The position numbers were made by a program, and so were the translations under genes. A model generated the notes under the pieces. That model was not told where the DNA came from and ran no database searches. It saw nothing but the letters and a program-made list of their open reading frames with translations. Below are positions 49,952-62,118 of a stretch of 64,000 nt of DNA, piece after piece (within the stretch, counting starts at the first letter, position 1; the number at the start of each line of letters is the position of its first letter). The DNA is from Macrostomum lignano (Eukaryota). Location of the stretch: the NCBI GenBank assembly GCA_002269645.1, contig NIVC01001776.1, positions 139,201 to 203,200 on the forward strand, in the 5' to 3' direction.

Positions 49952-50417
49952 GACCGCCACAATTTGATCGCCGTTCTATTCAAGGTGAAATAGGGCGGCG
50001 GGCAAATTGTCTGGCGGGCAAATTGTCTGGCGGGCAAATTGTCTGGCGGGCAAATTGTCTGGCGGGCAAATTGTCTGGCGGGCAAATTGTCTGGCGGGCA
50101 AATTGTCTGGCGGGCAAATTGTCTGGCGGGCAAATTGTCTGGCGGGCAAATTGTCTGGCGGGCAAATTGTCTGGCGGGCAAATTGTCTGGCGGGCAAATT
50201 GTCTGGCGGGCAAATTGTCTGGCGGGCAAATTGTCTGGCGGGCAAATTGTCTGGCGGGCAAATTGTCTGGCGGGCAAATTGTCTGGCGGGCAAATTGTCT
50301 GGCGGGCAAATTGTCTGGCGGGCAAATTGTCTGGCGGGCAAATTGTCTGGCGGGCAAATTGTCTGGCGGGCAAATTGTCTGGCGGGCAAATTGTCTGGCG
50401 GGCAAATTGTGGCGGTC
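49952..50417. mobile_element. MITE-like unit with 15-bp TIR (GACCGCCACAATTTG) whose interior is a near-perfect 16-bp array (GGCGGGCAAATTGTCT)
   Basis: Inverted repeats at 49952-49966 and 50403-50417, with the array at ~49995-50410. No TSD seen. Confidence 0.6.
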
Positions 50418-50829
50418 TCCGCTGTCGGTCTCCCGCGGCCGCGCCCCCCCCCTTGGATAGTGGCGTAAATAAATACTCATTTCAAAGTTTTACATGTAAG
50501 TAGGCGGCATACCCTTGCACAAGGTTGCATAATTATTTGAAAGCCGTATGCTTGTATGGGGTGGACAGTTGACAGTCAAAATGCATATATCTACATGTAC
50601 CTCCATACAGTAATAATTTACCTATTAAACAACAGGTAAGGTCAAAGATAACATATGCGTATGCCAGCAAAGGTTTAAAATTTTCAATAATTAATTGTAC
50701 GGTACAATGCGATAGCAAAACAAACTAATCTTAGATGCAGCTATTATCTAGAATCTCGATTTATCTTCCAGAATTTTAGAGAAATACAACTAGGACAGGG
50801 GAAATCCCGGAAAATCAATCAGGTTTGCC

Positions 50830-50953
50830 AAGCTGTATTAAAGGGGGACCAAGCGCATTTTTGCCAAAATACAGAGCCACCCCTCCGCCCCCTTGGGTCT
50901 TTACCCTTCAGAATCCGCCCCCCCCCACATAAGAAATTCTGCTTGCGCCACTG
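50830..50953 (-). mobile_element. Truncated, inverted copy of the hAT MITE at 51291
   Basis: The reverse complement CAGTGGCGCAAGCAGAATTTC...GGGGGGCGGATTCTGAAGGGTAAAG...GGGGCGGAGGGG aligns with 51291-51410. Confidence 0.6.
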
Positions 50954-51290
50954 CTAACAGTTCAAGTAATTCTGGAGAGCACAGAGTGCTGTCTAGAGAA
51001 GCTGTTCAGGCTTGGCACAACGCGCCCGCCAAAATTTTGTTAATGTCAACTTTTGCTCATTGTAATGATCGAAATTCCTTGCGAGGGATTGGCTAACTAT
51101 TTTACTTTAAGTGCCAGATAGAGAATCTAGCTCAAGACTGCGGGCCAGAAGGAGGAGAGTGGAGGGGAGAGGGGAGAGATGTGAGATGTGAGAGGAGGGA
51201 AGAGAGGAGAGAGGCGAGATGAGAGAAAGAAGGGAGATAAAGGGAGAGAGGAGAGAGGCGAAAGGAGAGATGTCAGAGGAAGGGAGCAAG

Positions 51291-51475
51291 CAGTAGGGCA
51301 ACCAGAAATTTTTTGAGGGGGGGCGGATTCTGGAAGGTAAAGTCCCGTGAGGGAGGGGGCGGAGGGGAGGCTCTGTTTTTGGCGAAAATTCGCTTGGTCC
51401 CCCCTTCAATTTTTTCTGGGTCTCCGCCTAAGGGGGGGGCCCCGCCCCCCCCGCCCCCCCCTGGTTGCGCCACTG
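51291..51475 (+). mobile_element. hAT-type MITE (185 bp) with 8-bp TSD
   Basis: Imperfect TIR CAGTAGGGCAACCAG / CTGGTTGCGCCACTG and a perfect TSD GGAGCAAG at 51283-51290 and 51476-51483. Confidence 0.85.
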
Positions 51476-51614
51476 GGAGCAAGGAAAGAGGGGAAAGGAG
51501 GAGAGAGGGGAGATTTTGATGAGAAAAGGAGAAGAAATTAGCAAAAAAGCTGAGAAGAGATGCAAACCTTGAGCGGGCTGGATTGTTATTGGCATGGGAA
51601 GTTAGAAAGGACCC

Positions 51615-51677
51615 GAGGGCTGGATAGAGAGACTGCGGGCCGCATGTGGCCCGTGGGCTGGAGTTTGCTGACCCCTG
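51615..51677 (-). mobile_element. Charlie/MER-like hAT MITE terminus fragment
   Basis: Reverse strand reads CAGGGGTCAGCAAACT...CGGGCCACATGCGGCCCG, typical of Charlie-family ends. The other end was not found. Confidence 0.45.
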
Positions 51678-53363
51678 CAGCCTGCAGTAGGCTATGCATG
51701 ACGGGCCCAGTTAACTGCATAATGGCAAATAAGAGACATGGGAGATTGGAGATAGGAGACTGTCTCCCCTGTCTCCCCTTCATTTATCTCCCCGATTACG
51801 AGTAGGGCACAGTCACTCAGTCACATTTTGATAAGGAGGGATACATAGACATAGATATTTTCTCAGTTTTCATATTCAGAGGCGGTCAGAGCTCAAATGG
51901 GACAGGTCATGAATAAATAACAATCTAACCCCCGCCTTGTCATTTTTCCGGATGAATAAATCCACTGAATCATAAAGGTTTCAAAGTGCCTTTGCGTTCT
52001 CATGACAGTTTTTGCCACTCAATTATTCTAGTCTTACTGAATCCCCGAGTTAACAGAAAATTATAGCTCGGCGCACGTCCGCCAGCTTGAATATTCTCGC
52101 TATATTGTTCTCTATTTGCGATCGTCTTTTACAACCCGACATCAATAAAACCCGTGTGGGCTTTATCTCTCATTAACAGAAATCTCTCATCAATTATAGC
52201 CTGTATAAAGCTTACTCATTTTGAGTTGCTCTTAGAAAAATGTTTTGAATTTCCTGGCCAGTGGCAATAACCCGTAATGACAGGGCAATGCAAGGAATTA
52301 TTTTAACCTAGAGGTGACAGCTAATTTTGGCCAATTCATTTCAGTTGGGTGGGGGGGGGTTAGAAGAAAGGCTAGAGAAGTGATATGGGAATTTCTACGT
52401 TGTACCGTTCTTGCCTGCTTAAGCGAACCTATGCGAAACAAACAAACTGTCCTGACTCCTTATCAGTGCAGGTCATCAAGTTTTTTCTATTCCCATATTG
52501 CACCAAAGATAAAGGAAGAACAAAGACGAATTTCGTGCGAGGCTTGACAAGGTCTGAACTATATATATATTTTATATTTATTATATTTTATAAGTTACAA
52601 CCTAGCATAAACACATAAATACTTTGATACGGAAAGTATTGATTCGATCTGACCTAAAATAGGTGCCAGCAAAAGAAAGAAAATATTCATAGCATTTTAT
52701 ATGTGCTTAAAAGTAAAACCAGATGGTAACAGATGGAAATTACAGTTGTGCAGCTAGTTGATTATTATCAATGGGATAAGTAAAATATTACAAAAATTCT
52801 GTTGGCTTGAATTGGAGGTAGGAATACTGTATACAATACCATTAGTATTTCATACTCGTATACTGGGGTTTAAGAAAATAAATCCCCCATTTCAGCCACA
52901 TACAGCGGCATCACCTCCCACTAAGTTTCCGGCCCCTCCACCCCTCCTACACAGTTTTGAGCTAAATTACCCCTCCGGCCTCTATAACACCGAATTTTAA
53001 GCTGTACCTAATTCTAGGGTTCAAGAATGTAAACAATAAAGATAGAATCAATATAATCAGTCTCTAAAATAACTCCAGTTCATGAATGACCGATCGCCAG
53101 GCTTGTAGTAAACTCGTGAAACTGCGGATCCTAAAAGTAAAGATAAAATGGCAGTTGCGATCGAGTATGCATCGTAATATACTAATATTTAACTCACAAT
53201 CTACAATCATGTCTGCGTGTTGAAGCTGAGAACATATACAGGAAGAAATTGCAGAATTGCAGAATACAGGGAATACGAGAATCGAGATAGAAGGAAATCG
53301 GATTGATATAAAAAACCAGAGAAAGATATTTTTAGTACTCACTTGCGACTCACGCGTCCTACA

Positions 53364-55390
53364 TCAGGCCTCCTCGGAGTCACCTGTCAGAGGAATGACA
53401 AAAAAATGGCTTGCTGGATCCCTGTCCGCTCCAGCAAGATTGGCAAGCAGATTCGCAGGCAAAATCCAGCACTTTCGCTCAGGTGTGCCAGTTAGAACAC
53501 CAGATGTCATCCTGTACAAGCCGATTCCCAGACGCAAAGATGGATATGGGTTGGCGTAGATGTTGTCAACTGGGTGTAAAATCCTGCCAGTGACTTGATT
53601 AGCTTCACTTACAGCTTCGATTAGGACGCATACTTTGTCGATTATGCAACAATTATCACCTCGCTTTGTGCTGAATTTCAACGGTGGAATTCGCTGCTCA
53701 TTCAACAGAAGATCGCGAACTCTGAGCACCTGCTTAACTGAATGCGCTGCCATGTGCCTTGTCACCTTTACGCGGCGCTTTACAGATCCAAGAAAGTTTT
53801 CGAAAGGGAAAGTCGAAAAGTTGTTTAAACTGCCTAGCTTTCGGACAAACTCATCCAAATGAAGAATAGTGTGAAGATTGAAACTTATAAACTTCTGGCC
53901 GTAAAGGTGGGCAGCCCGTTCAACAAAAACTTCAATGCAAGTTTTTGCCTGCGTCCACCACTTGGAGTACCTTTCGTTGGAGTATGCGTAAATGGCGAAA
54001 TGGAGGTAAAGAAAGTGGTTATACCTTTCTTCATTTAAAATGCCTTTGAAGAGGACAGGTCCTAGGTACAGCAAGTACTGTCTGAATTCAGTAGCCTTCA
54101 TGTGCTTCAGTTCCAAGTCGATTTTCCGGGGTCTTCGTTGAAAGTTTGAAGGTGTCCAACCGGCAGCCATAGTAATTCGGTCGCCCAATAGGCTCATCGG
54201 ACCGGGATAGACGAGACACTTCTTGCCATTAGATTTGTCGAAAAATAGGTAAAATAGCTTCCTTGTGACTCCAAGGCATACGGCATGCTGGTAGTCAGGG
54301 GAAAAGCATCGACAAAACTAATGTTAGGCAAATTTAGAAGGGGCGATAGAGCGATTTTTTTATTTTCCTGGTTAGACTCCTTTCCCTCTCGGTATTGTTG
54401 GCTGCTACGAGACTCCCCGACGCTCGTTGAAAATGTTACTCTGTTGTCGGTATAAGGTCCAGTAGCCCTGCAGTACATGCAACCGACGTACGACATGTGC
54501 CCTTGAGTTACTGAGACCCAGGCTCGAGCAGGCGCATCGCAAACAAATCGGATAGTCGAGAAGCTGATGCTTAAATTTTCGATAATTTTTATTGGACCCG
54601 TAAGAAAACGTTTAGCCTCGTCGCAAAATTGTCGAAGATAATCATTCAGAGGTGGCTTGCCACAACCAGCCCATACGGCTACTGGAAAAGGTCTGCTGAA
54701 TATGCTGGGAATAGACATAAGTATGGGCCAAAGACCGAAGTGGCTTGCTCGGTACAAAGGCAAGCCGTCAAAATTAACGATGGCTTCAATTTTGTAAACC
54801 TTCTCAGTTTCACTATCGTGTTGTAGATATTCTGGCTTCATGTGCAGCTGGTTTTTGCGAAACATTAGTTCTAGATTTTTCAGAATCGAAATGTAGCGAA
54901 AATGGCCTTTTCCCATGGGCTCCAATTTTTCCGTTGGATCGCCAGCATTGATGACGGCCTCAATAGAGTTGACAGACTTCGGCGCAGGCAAGCCTATGTC
55001 TCTTAGACCATCAACAAGGAATTTTTTAGATCCACGACTTAGGTTGAAACAAGAAAAGTAGACTACCAGCAAGGCGAATATTTTATCTTCTAAAGAGCGG
55101 TCATCCTCTTTCTTGTCAATCTCCTCATCTTCATCGCTGCAAACTCGCGCGAACTCGTCAAAATCAGGATAGCTGCCATTGTCGTTGTCAAGATCTGGAT
55201 CCGTACCTTCATTGACTTCTGCTACAGAGGACTCCGAAGCGATGAAACCGGCGACTCTCCCAGAATCATCTGCTTCGAATACTTTTCTTTTTTTCTCTTG
55301 CAGTGCGATGTCTTCCAAAGCTTCTTGTTCTCCTTCCATGAACAAGCCCAGCAAATCCTTATTTGCTTGTCGCCTCAATTGCCTTGTCAT
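53364..55390 (-). CDS. CACTA/EnSpm-type transposase (Transposase_21 + DUF4218-like), ~675 aa, split by one 1-nt frameshift at ~54298-54301
   Basis: ORF 54194-55390 has NFDGLPLYRAS...LWPIL, GKPPLNDYL, FVCDAPARAW and GHMSYVGCMYC. Restoring one base gives FPxDYQHAVCLGVTRKL and continues into ORF 53364-54197 (PSNFQRRPR, KATEFRQYLLYLGP, FNLHTILHL, GSLNNFSTFPFENFL). Confidence 0.85.
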
Positions 55391-55540
55391 TGTTTTCGTC
55401 CGAATCAGACTTTGATGATAGTTGACTGTTGTAATAATAATAAAGTAATTACTACGATTGCTTATTTCGTATTAAAGAAAGGATATGAACAAAAGCTGGG
55501 AAGAATTGAAAACTATTCCTTTGGGGGTTTGTGCGCGCTG

Positions 55541-55585
55541 ATTGGACAGGTATGGATGCGGGGACGGTAGGGCCAATGAAATTGG
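55541..55585. promoter_or_regulatory. Candidate bidirectional promoter with clustered CCAAT boxes
   Basis: ATTGG (55541), CCAAT (55573) and ATTGG (55581) lie in the 363-bp gap between the two divergent start codons. Confidence 0.4.
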
Positions 55586-55753
55586 AAAAGCCAGGGCGGC
55601 CTTTTTCATTCGAAGAACTATAGAAGACAATTGCTTCTAGAAGCAACCTAAACCACTGAATCATTAAATAAGCATAAACTATAGTGTGAGCTCCAAACTC
55701 TTGCTTTATTGGTACTCAGTTTTGCACTAGCATAGTCTAGTCTGCATGCTACA

Positions 55754-58714
55754 ATGAAGTTTTTAGTGATCTTTAAAGACGACCGTCAAATTGTTGAGGT
55801 CTCGGAAAGCGAAGTGAAGCTTCCTGAAGGCTTTCAAAACCTTAAGGAAGAGGAATGGTTAGAAAAGAGGGACTCCACTGAGAAGTGGAAGTGTGAAGCC
55901 TTGTATGAAGGCTGTTTTTACTCTGCTCTAATTATTCAGGTAAGCAACCGATCCCAACGATTGAAATGTTAAAATTCTTGAATCGATCTAATATTTGTAC
56001 GCTCATATTTTCTCATTAATTTAAAGGTAATACTAAGCAACAACCTAGAGCCTGGGAGCTTCCGCTTTGTGCGTGAATTGGTGGCCAAAAAGACCCGACT
56101 GAACCGAATTCTCGAGTTGGTTCAACCCAGAGTCTTTCAGGAGCGTGACATGAAGAAAGCACGAAGGCATTACCAGACTAAGGTAAAATTAAGCACAGCC
56201 CATATAATTTTTATCGAGAACTTTGTTTTCTCCGTTTTACCTTTTAAACTATTTTTTAAGAAAAGGGAAGAAATTAAATGTGAAAATAATCTTTAAAACT
56301 GACATTAACTTGATAATTTCTCATGCCGTAACCATCCCAAACAGAATCTGTCAGACGGCTCAGCCACCGATTCCGAGGCAATCTTCGAAGATAAGAGCAG
56401 CCGCTGTTTGCAACCTCCAGCTTTGCTGCCTAAACAACATCCGCCTACGATTGCACAGTTAGCGCCAATGCCTCCTATTAGTGATGATGAAGCAGAAGCT
56501 GGCGTAGACGCCGATATGGAAGCTGAGGCGGAAGCTGAGGCGGAAGCTGAAGTGGAAGCTGAGGCGGAAGCTGAAGTGGAAGCTGAGGCGGAAGCTGAAG
56601 CGGAAGATGAGGTGGAAGCTGAGATCGGAGCTGAGGTGGAAGCTGAGATGGGAGCTGAGGCGGAAGCTGAGGCGGAAGCTGAGGTGGAAGCTGAGATGGG
56701 AGCTGAGGTGGAAGCTGAGGCGGAAGCTGAAATAGAAGCTGAGTTCGTAGCAGATGATCGATCGACGATTCCTAAGTCGCCTCCCACCATTTCATCTTTT
56801 AATTTTGGTTCTGGCTTTCTTAGAAAACTAGAAGAGCAGATCCAAGCCGGTGTTAGCTTTGAGCTGGAAAGTCCAAGAGGCATCAAGTTTCTGTCCTTAT
56901 ATGCCCTACGCGAACTTACTATGCGCAAGAATGAATTGAAAGCATTAGAAAATAGTTTGACCAAACAAATCACCGCAATGCGCACTGAAGTGCAGAGCGT
57001 GCTACGCTTTTTGGAACCTGTTGGCGCTGACATTCCAACTGATAATTCTGAGCCTTCATTCTGGCCGATCAACTCCTGGGAAAAATATGTGCAATTCGCT
57101 TCCAGTCCAAATGAACATATTTCTACTTTGGTAAGTTCATGACAGAGTTTTTTATTTTCTTTTCATTAGAAGAAATGCTCTAACTACTACTCAAAGCGCA
57201 CTAGTACTATCACTGAAATAATAATCTATAAGTATTCTCACCTGTAAAAATCTAAACAGAAGAGCCTGCTACGTTCATGCAAGCGAGACAAGTGGTCCGA
57301 TGCTTTAATGGCAATGCTTAACGAGAGCTTGTCGAAAGAGATGCAGGCGGTTATTAATTTAATCGGGTCAGACATGCGAAGCCGAGCTGTTGCTGCTGGA
57401 GTTGCGACCAACCTTACTGATGCGCAGCTTGGATTTCAGAGCACTCTGCTCAGCCATTTCCAAAGTAAGTCTACTTAATCAACGTTCAATGAGACTTTTA
57501 GAGCTAAATATCAAGAAATTAGTCGAGCACAGTGCATGCTATTCATAGTAACTTTCAACTTTTTTCCTAACAGAAGCAATCACATTCATCTATGGCGCGA
57601 CCGCTGAAGCCGGCAGGCCCTCTGAACAATCTGTAAGAAATACTTGCAGACAGCAGCTAAAGCATGGCGGTGACCGATTAAAGGGGCGGTCGCATCGCAC
57701 AGGAAGCCAGCTGCTTTCCGGAGTCCAGACTCAAAGCCCCGCTTCTGACAGCGCCGTACAAAGACAGTCTCTGGTGGCAGCGACTCCAAGCCCCGCTTCT
57801 GGCAGCGCCGTACAAAGACAGTCTCTGGTGGCAGCGACTCAAAGTCCCGCTTCTGGCAGCGCCGTACAAAGACAGTCTCTGGTGGCAGCGACTCCAAGCC
57901 CCGCTTCTGGCAGCGCCGTACAAAGACAGTCTCTGGTGGCAGCGACTCCAAGCCCGCTTCTGGCAGCGCCGTACAAAGACAGTCTCTGGTGGCAGCGACT
58001 CAAAGTCCCGCTTCTGGCAGCGCCGTACAAAGACAGTCTCTGGTGGCAGCGACTCCAAGCCCCGCTTCTGGCAGCGCCGTAAAAAGACAGTCTCTGGTGG
58101 CAGCGACTCCAAGCCCCGCTTCTGGCAGCGCCGTGCAAAGACGGTCTTTGGTGGCAGCGACTCAAAGTCCCGCTTCTGGCAGCGCTGTGCAAAGACGATC
58201 TCTGGTGGCAGCGACTCAAAGTCCCGCTTCTGGCAGCGCCGTGCAAAGACGGTCTTTGGTGGCAGCGACTCAAAGTCCCGCTTCTGGCAGCGCCGTGCAA
58301 AGACACAGCCATTCATCTTCTTTTTCCCTAGTGAGTAAAAACGTATCTAAACTGAATAATGAACGATGAATACTATGATTGCTAAGCATTAAATACTACT
58401 ATCAGTAAGATAAAATGTGCATGCAGTAATTTTTTGTTTTCTTTCCAATGTCACAGACACCATCGCGACTATCAGCGGGAGAAGTGCCGCCAGCGGCGAC
58501 AGCAAAGCCGAGCTCCCAATCCAGAAAGCGAGCGAGTATTCAGTTGGATTCTCAGCCTCGAAAGCGGAACAACCATCGCCCCCGTTCAGCAAAGTCAAAA
58601 ACCAACTACCGCACTGACTGCTCTCTCGAATCTGATGACGAAACCGAATCAAGTGGATCAAACTGGTCCGAAGATCAGCGAGAGCTGGATGATGGACAAT
58701 TTAAAATCTTCTAA
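55754..58714 (+). CDS. Transposon accessory gene, DUF4806/BEN-like domain, 6 exons, with Glu-Ala and 18-aa tandem repeats; one 1-nt frameshift at ~57951-57955
   Basis: Exons 55754-55939, 56027-56182, 56345-57130, 57260-57464, 57574-58330 and 58457-58714 are GT-AG and phase-consistent apart from the frameshift. WPINSWEKY...F and [12 protein letters not shown] resemble DUF4806 signatures (recalled, not searched). Confidence 0.65.
56515..56740 (+). repeat. Coding Glu-Ala repeat (EAEAEVEAE)
   Basis: In frame within exon 3 of the accessory gene. Confidence 0.85.
57725..58305 (+). repeat. 54-bp coding minisatellite ([18 protein letters not shown])
   Basis: Tandem units lie inside exon 5, and one unit lacks a C. 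Confidence 0.9.
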
Positions 58715-59928
58715 TTATGAGAGCACGTATTTTACGAGTAAATGCTGTCAAAATGATTTTAAAACTGACATTCTTTCAACACCTTTGTTGCCAAAAACTT
58801 AACTATTTTTCGTTCTAATATTGTGTTTTAATATCAGTTCCATTTAACTTCGCTAAATAAATTCAAATTTCATTACATTTAAGTTTCTTATTCGATTTCA
58901 TTCATAGACTCAAACTAATTTTCTAAAGAACTGCAAAAAAATTTACAAAAGGCAAACTTCGTAAGCAGGTAGCAGCAAGGTTGTTTAAATTTATAATGGA
59001 AGAGACAATTGCTTAAAAAAATCAGATAGCTCTGAAAATTATTTGGAAATAAATTCAATTTTGAAACAACCAGAAAGCTAGGCTGCTGCCAGAGCAAAAT
59101 ATATCAGTAAAAGCCCTGCATACTACTGTTAGTAGAGTAAACCAATTCTTGCCTTAATTTATTGGGCAGTCCACCGGGCGCCGGGTATAAGGCCGGCGCC
59201 CCGACTGGACAAAGAGTGCGCCCCGCTACCGGCCACAGGCCACCGGGCGCCGCGGTCTGCGCACCCTTGGGCGTACCAGAATTTCCCACTGGGTTTTGCA
59301 TTGCACTTCATCTGAGCAGTTTTTCTATTGACTATGTGAAGGCTTTGTTTGGTTATCTTATTGATACTTGTAGAGAACAGAGATTCTATCTAGATGTCCC
59401 CCATCGGGGGGCGAAGATTGCTAGTCCATATACTAAAAATGAAAATCTTGCTTGCTTGCTTGTACGAAATCGATTTTCTCCTGAATGGCTGGACCGATTT
59501 TCTTCGAACTTGCACTGTTCGATCAGAAATTTTTCCGTGACGGTACATGCATCTTGGCTAAGAAATTGCTCAATGTTAAAGGGATTAAATATTCGAAAAA
59601 ACATGCTTTTTTGCAAAGGTCAAGCATTGAAATGCATTGTAAGAATGCTAGCAGAAAAACTGACTGGTTGAATTCTGATTCTAAAATAGATTGCATCACA
59701 ATACACAAGACACTCAATTGAATTGCGTCACAGCATTGAGTGTGAAAGCATAGCACAGTACTCAATTTATATTGCGTAACCATATTGTTAACTTTTATAG
59801 AGACTGGTACTGACTTGCCTAAGAAATTGATTATGTCATAACTCATAACTGCTTCGTGACTTTTTACTCTACCTGACTGTGTGAGTGTTGAACTATTTAA
59901 GTGGTACAAATTCACTGATAACTTCGAT

Positions 59929-60040
59929 GAGAGCTAGCCTAGAGCTGAACAGACCAGACTGCTAATGCAGCAACCTGGGTTCGAATCTAAGTGTATGATT
60001 AGTAGATTAGTGTCTGAAAAGTAGTAGTGTAAAATTTTTT
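59929..60040 (+). promoter_or_regulatory. tRNA-like Pol III cassette 4
   Basis: Nearly identical to cassette 1: B box at 59978-59987 and T6 at 60035-60040. Confidence 0.65.
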
Positions 60041-60416
60041 ATTAAAAGCTAAATAAAAACACTTAGATTACTGCACTCCATAAGCCAAGGATTATTGCTA
60101 TTAATAAACCAAGGATTACTGCACTCAATAAGCCAAGGATTATTGCTATTAATAAACCAAGTATTAATGCACTTGATTAATCAAGGATTATTGCTATTAA
60201 TAAACCAACGATTACTGCACTCGATAAACCAAGGACTATTGCTCTTGGCAAACCAAGGATTACTGCACTCAAGAAGTCAAGGATTATTGCTATTAATAAA
60301 ACAAGGATTAATGCACTTGATTAATCAAGGATTATTGCTATTAATAAACCAAGGATTACTGCACTCGATAAACCAAGGACTGTTGCTCCTGGCAAACCAA
60401 GGATTACTGCACTCAA

Positions 60417-62118
60417 TGTAGAAAAAATACTAACTAAACTAAAAACTATTTAATTGGAGTTAAATTGAAGGAGCAGGAGGAGCAGTAAGTGGGCGCAGGG
60501 CCCAAACCGATATATTTATAGAACATTTAACTTTGGGGGGTTGAGCCCAGAATAATAAAGAGAGGGGGTGGAGTGCGCGACTGAGGAAAGAGGCGAGAAC
60601 GGAGAGCCAATCAGAACGCAGCAAGGGAGAGAGAGATAAGAATAACAAGATTGAGCTAGACAGAGAGAGAAAACGGAGTAAACAGAGACAAGTGAAGGTG
60701 AACTAAAGAAATGACTAGGAAAGTCGCGACACTCCCCCCAAAAAAATGGAACATTTTTTGAATTTTCGAGTACCATTACCAATTGAAATTAATGAGTTAG
60801 AATTAGGTCGAATTAAATTGAAAAACACATTCACAATAAATGGTGTATAAAACGATTTGAAAAATACATAATGACTAAGAATTTGAATACAAAAACAGTA
60901 GAGCGAATGCAAATATTTAGACCGAATTTTAAACTTAGATTTTTATTGAGTAGTTTTTGAACCATAGCAATGAGAAGACTGAAAAGACTGAATATATCCG
61001 CCCTCCCCCCTAAAAATTAATTTAATTTTTTACATTGTGACTACATGGTGAAAGAAAAAATTGAATGACGAATTAACGAGGCGATCTGGCAGGCGATGAG
61101 CGAAGAGACGATCCGGCAGGCGATGAGCGAAGAGACGATCCGGCAGGCGATGAGCAAAGAGACGATCCGGCAGGCGAGCCCCGAGGCGCCCCGGCCGAGA
61201 ATTTGAACCGAGAGAGACCGAGGACACCGCAGGACGCACCCCCGGCAGACGATGAGCGAAGAGACGATCCGGAAGGCGAGCGAAGAGACGATCCGGCAGG
61301 CGAGCCCCGCGGCGCCCCGGCAGAGAATTGGAAACCGAGAGAGACCGAGGACACCGCAGGACGCACCCCCGGCAGACGACGAGCGAAGAGACGATCCGGA
61401 AGGCGAGCGAAGAGACGATCCGGCAGGCGAGCCCGCGGCGCCCCGGCAGAGAATCTGAACCGAGAGAGACCGAGGACACCGCAGGACGCACCCCCGGCAG
61501 ACGATGAGCGAAGAGACGATCCGGCAGGCGAGCCCTGAGGTGCCCCGGCCGAGAATTTGAGACCGAGAGAGACCGAGGACACCGCAGGACGCACCCCCGG
61601 CAGACGAAGCGATGAGGCCGACAGACGAAGCGATGAGGCCGACAGACGAAGCGATGAGGCCGACAGACGAAGCGATGAGGCCGACAAACGAAGCGATGAG
61701 GCCGACAGACGGGATGACGAGATGACTGGTGGAGGGTTACGACTATGACGATGGCATGGCCTTTGCCAGCCTTACTGAATTGACTTAATTATTTTTCATT
61801 GGGCGCCATGTAGAAAAAATACTAAACTAAAGACTATTTAATTGGAGTTAAATTGAAGGAGCAGGAGGAGCAGTAAGTGGGCGCAGGGCCCAAACCGATA
61901 TATTTATAGAACATTTAACTTTGGGGGGTTGAGCCCAGAATAATAAAGAGAGGGGGTGGAGTGCGCGACTGAGGAAAGAGGCGAGAACGGAGAGCCAATC
62001 AGAACGCAGCAAGGAGAGAGAGATAAGAATAACAAGATTGAGCTAGACAGAGAGAGAAAACGGAGTAAACAGAGACAAGTGAAGGTGAACTAAAGAAATG
62101 ACTAGGAAAGTCGCGACA
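60417..62118 (-). mobile_element. TRIM-like non-autonomous LTR retrotransposon (1702 bp)
   Basis: LTRs at 60417-60731 and 61809-62118 are TG...CA and nearly identical. The 5-bp TSD CTCAA is at 60412-60416 and 62119-62123. On the minus strand, PBS TGGCGCCCAA (61808-61799) matches the tRNA-Lys(CUU) 3' end, and a G-rich PPT (GGGGGAG) abuts the other LTR. No gag/pol motifs. Confidence 0.92.
61080..61715. repeat. GC-rich nested tandem repeats inside the TRIM interior
   Basis: Repeated GATGAGCGAAGAGACGATCCGGCAGGC and GAGACCGAGGACACCGCAGGACGCACCCCCGGCAGAC blocks, then a 21-bp repeat. Confidence 0.9.

Larger units (their letters stand above)
49185..59293. mobile_element. CACTA/EnSpm (CMC)-like DNA transposon, ~10.1 kb
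   Basis: Termini are CCCAGTGG (49185) and CCACTGGG (59293), flanked by TT(T) on both sides. GC-rich subterminal motifs GGCCGGCGCCCC and GGGCGTACC occur at both ends. It encodes a Tnp2-type transposase and a second divergent gene. Confidence 0.65.
44720..59424 (+). mobile_element. Non-autonomous Helitron-like element, copy 2 (44720-49184 plus 59294-59424), interrupted by the CACTA-like element
   Basis: Starts with TC immediately after the CTAG of copy 1 and shares the same 5' sequence. It ends with the hairpin GTCCCCC-ATC-GGGGGGC (59396-59412) and CTAG (59421-59424). Confidence 0.65.

Noticed and set aside
58631-58645. CTGATGA-CGAAAC hammerhead-like core
   Set aside because: There is no stem II between the motifs and no flanking stems. 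It lies in a coding exon (SDDET).
61030-61748. ORFs inside the TRIM as gag remnants
   Set aside because: They are low-complexity translations of GC-rich tandem repeats, with no CCHC knuckle, protease, RT or integrase motifs.
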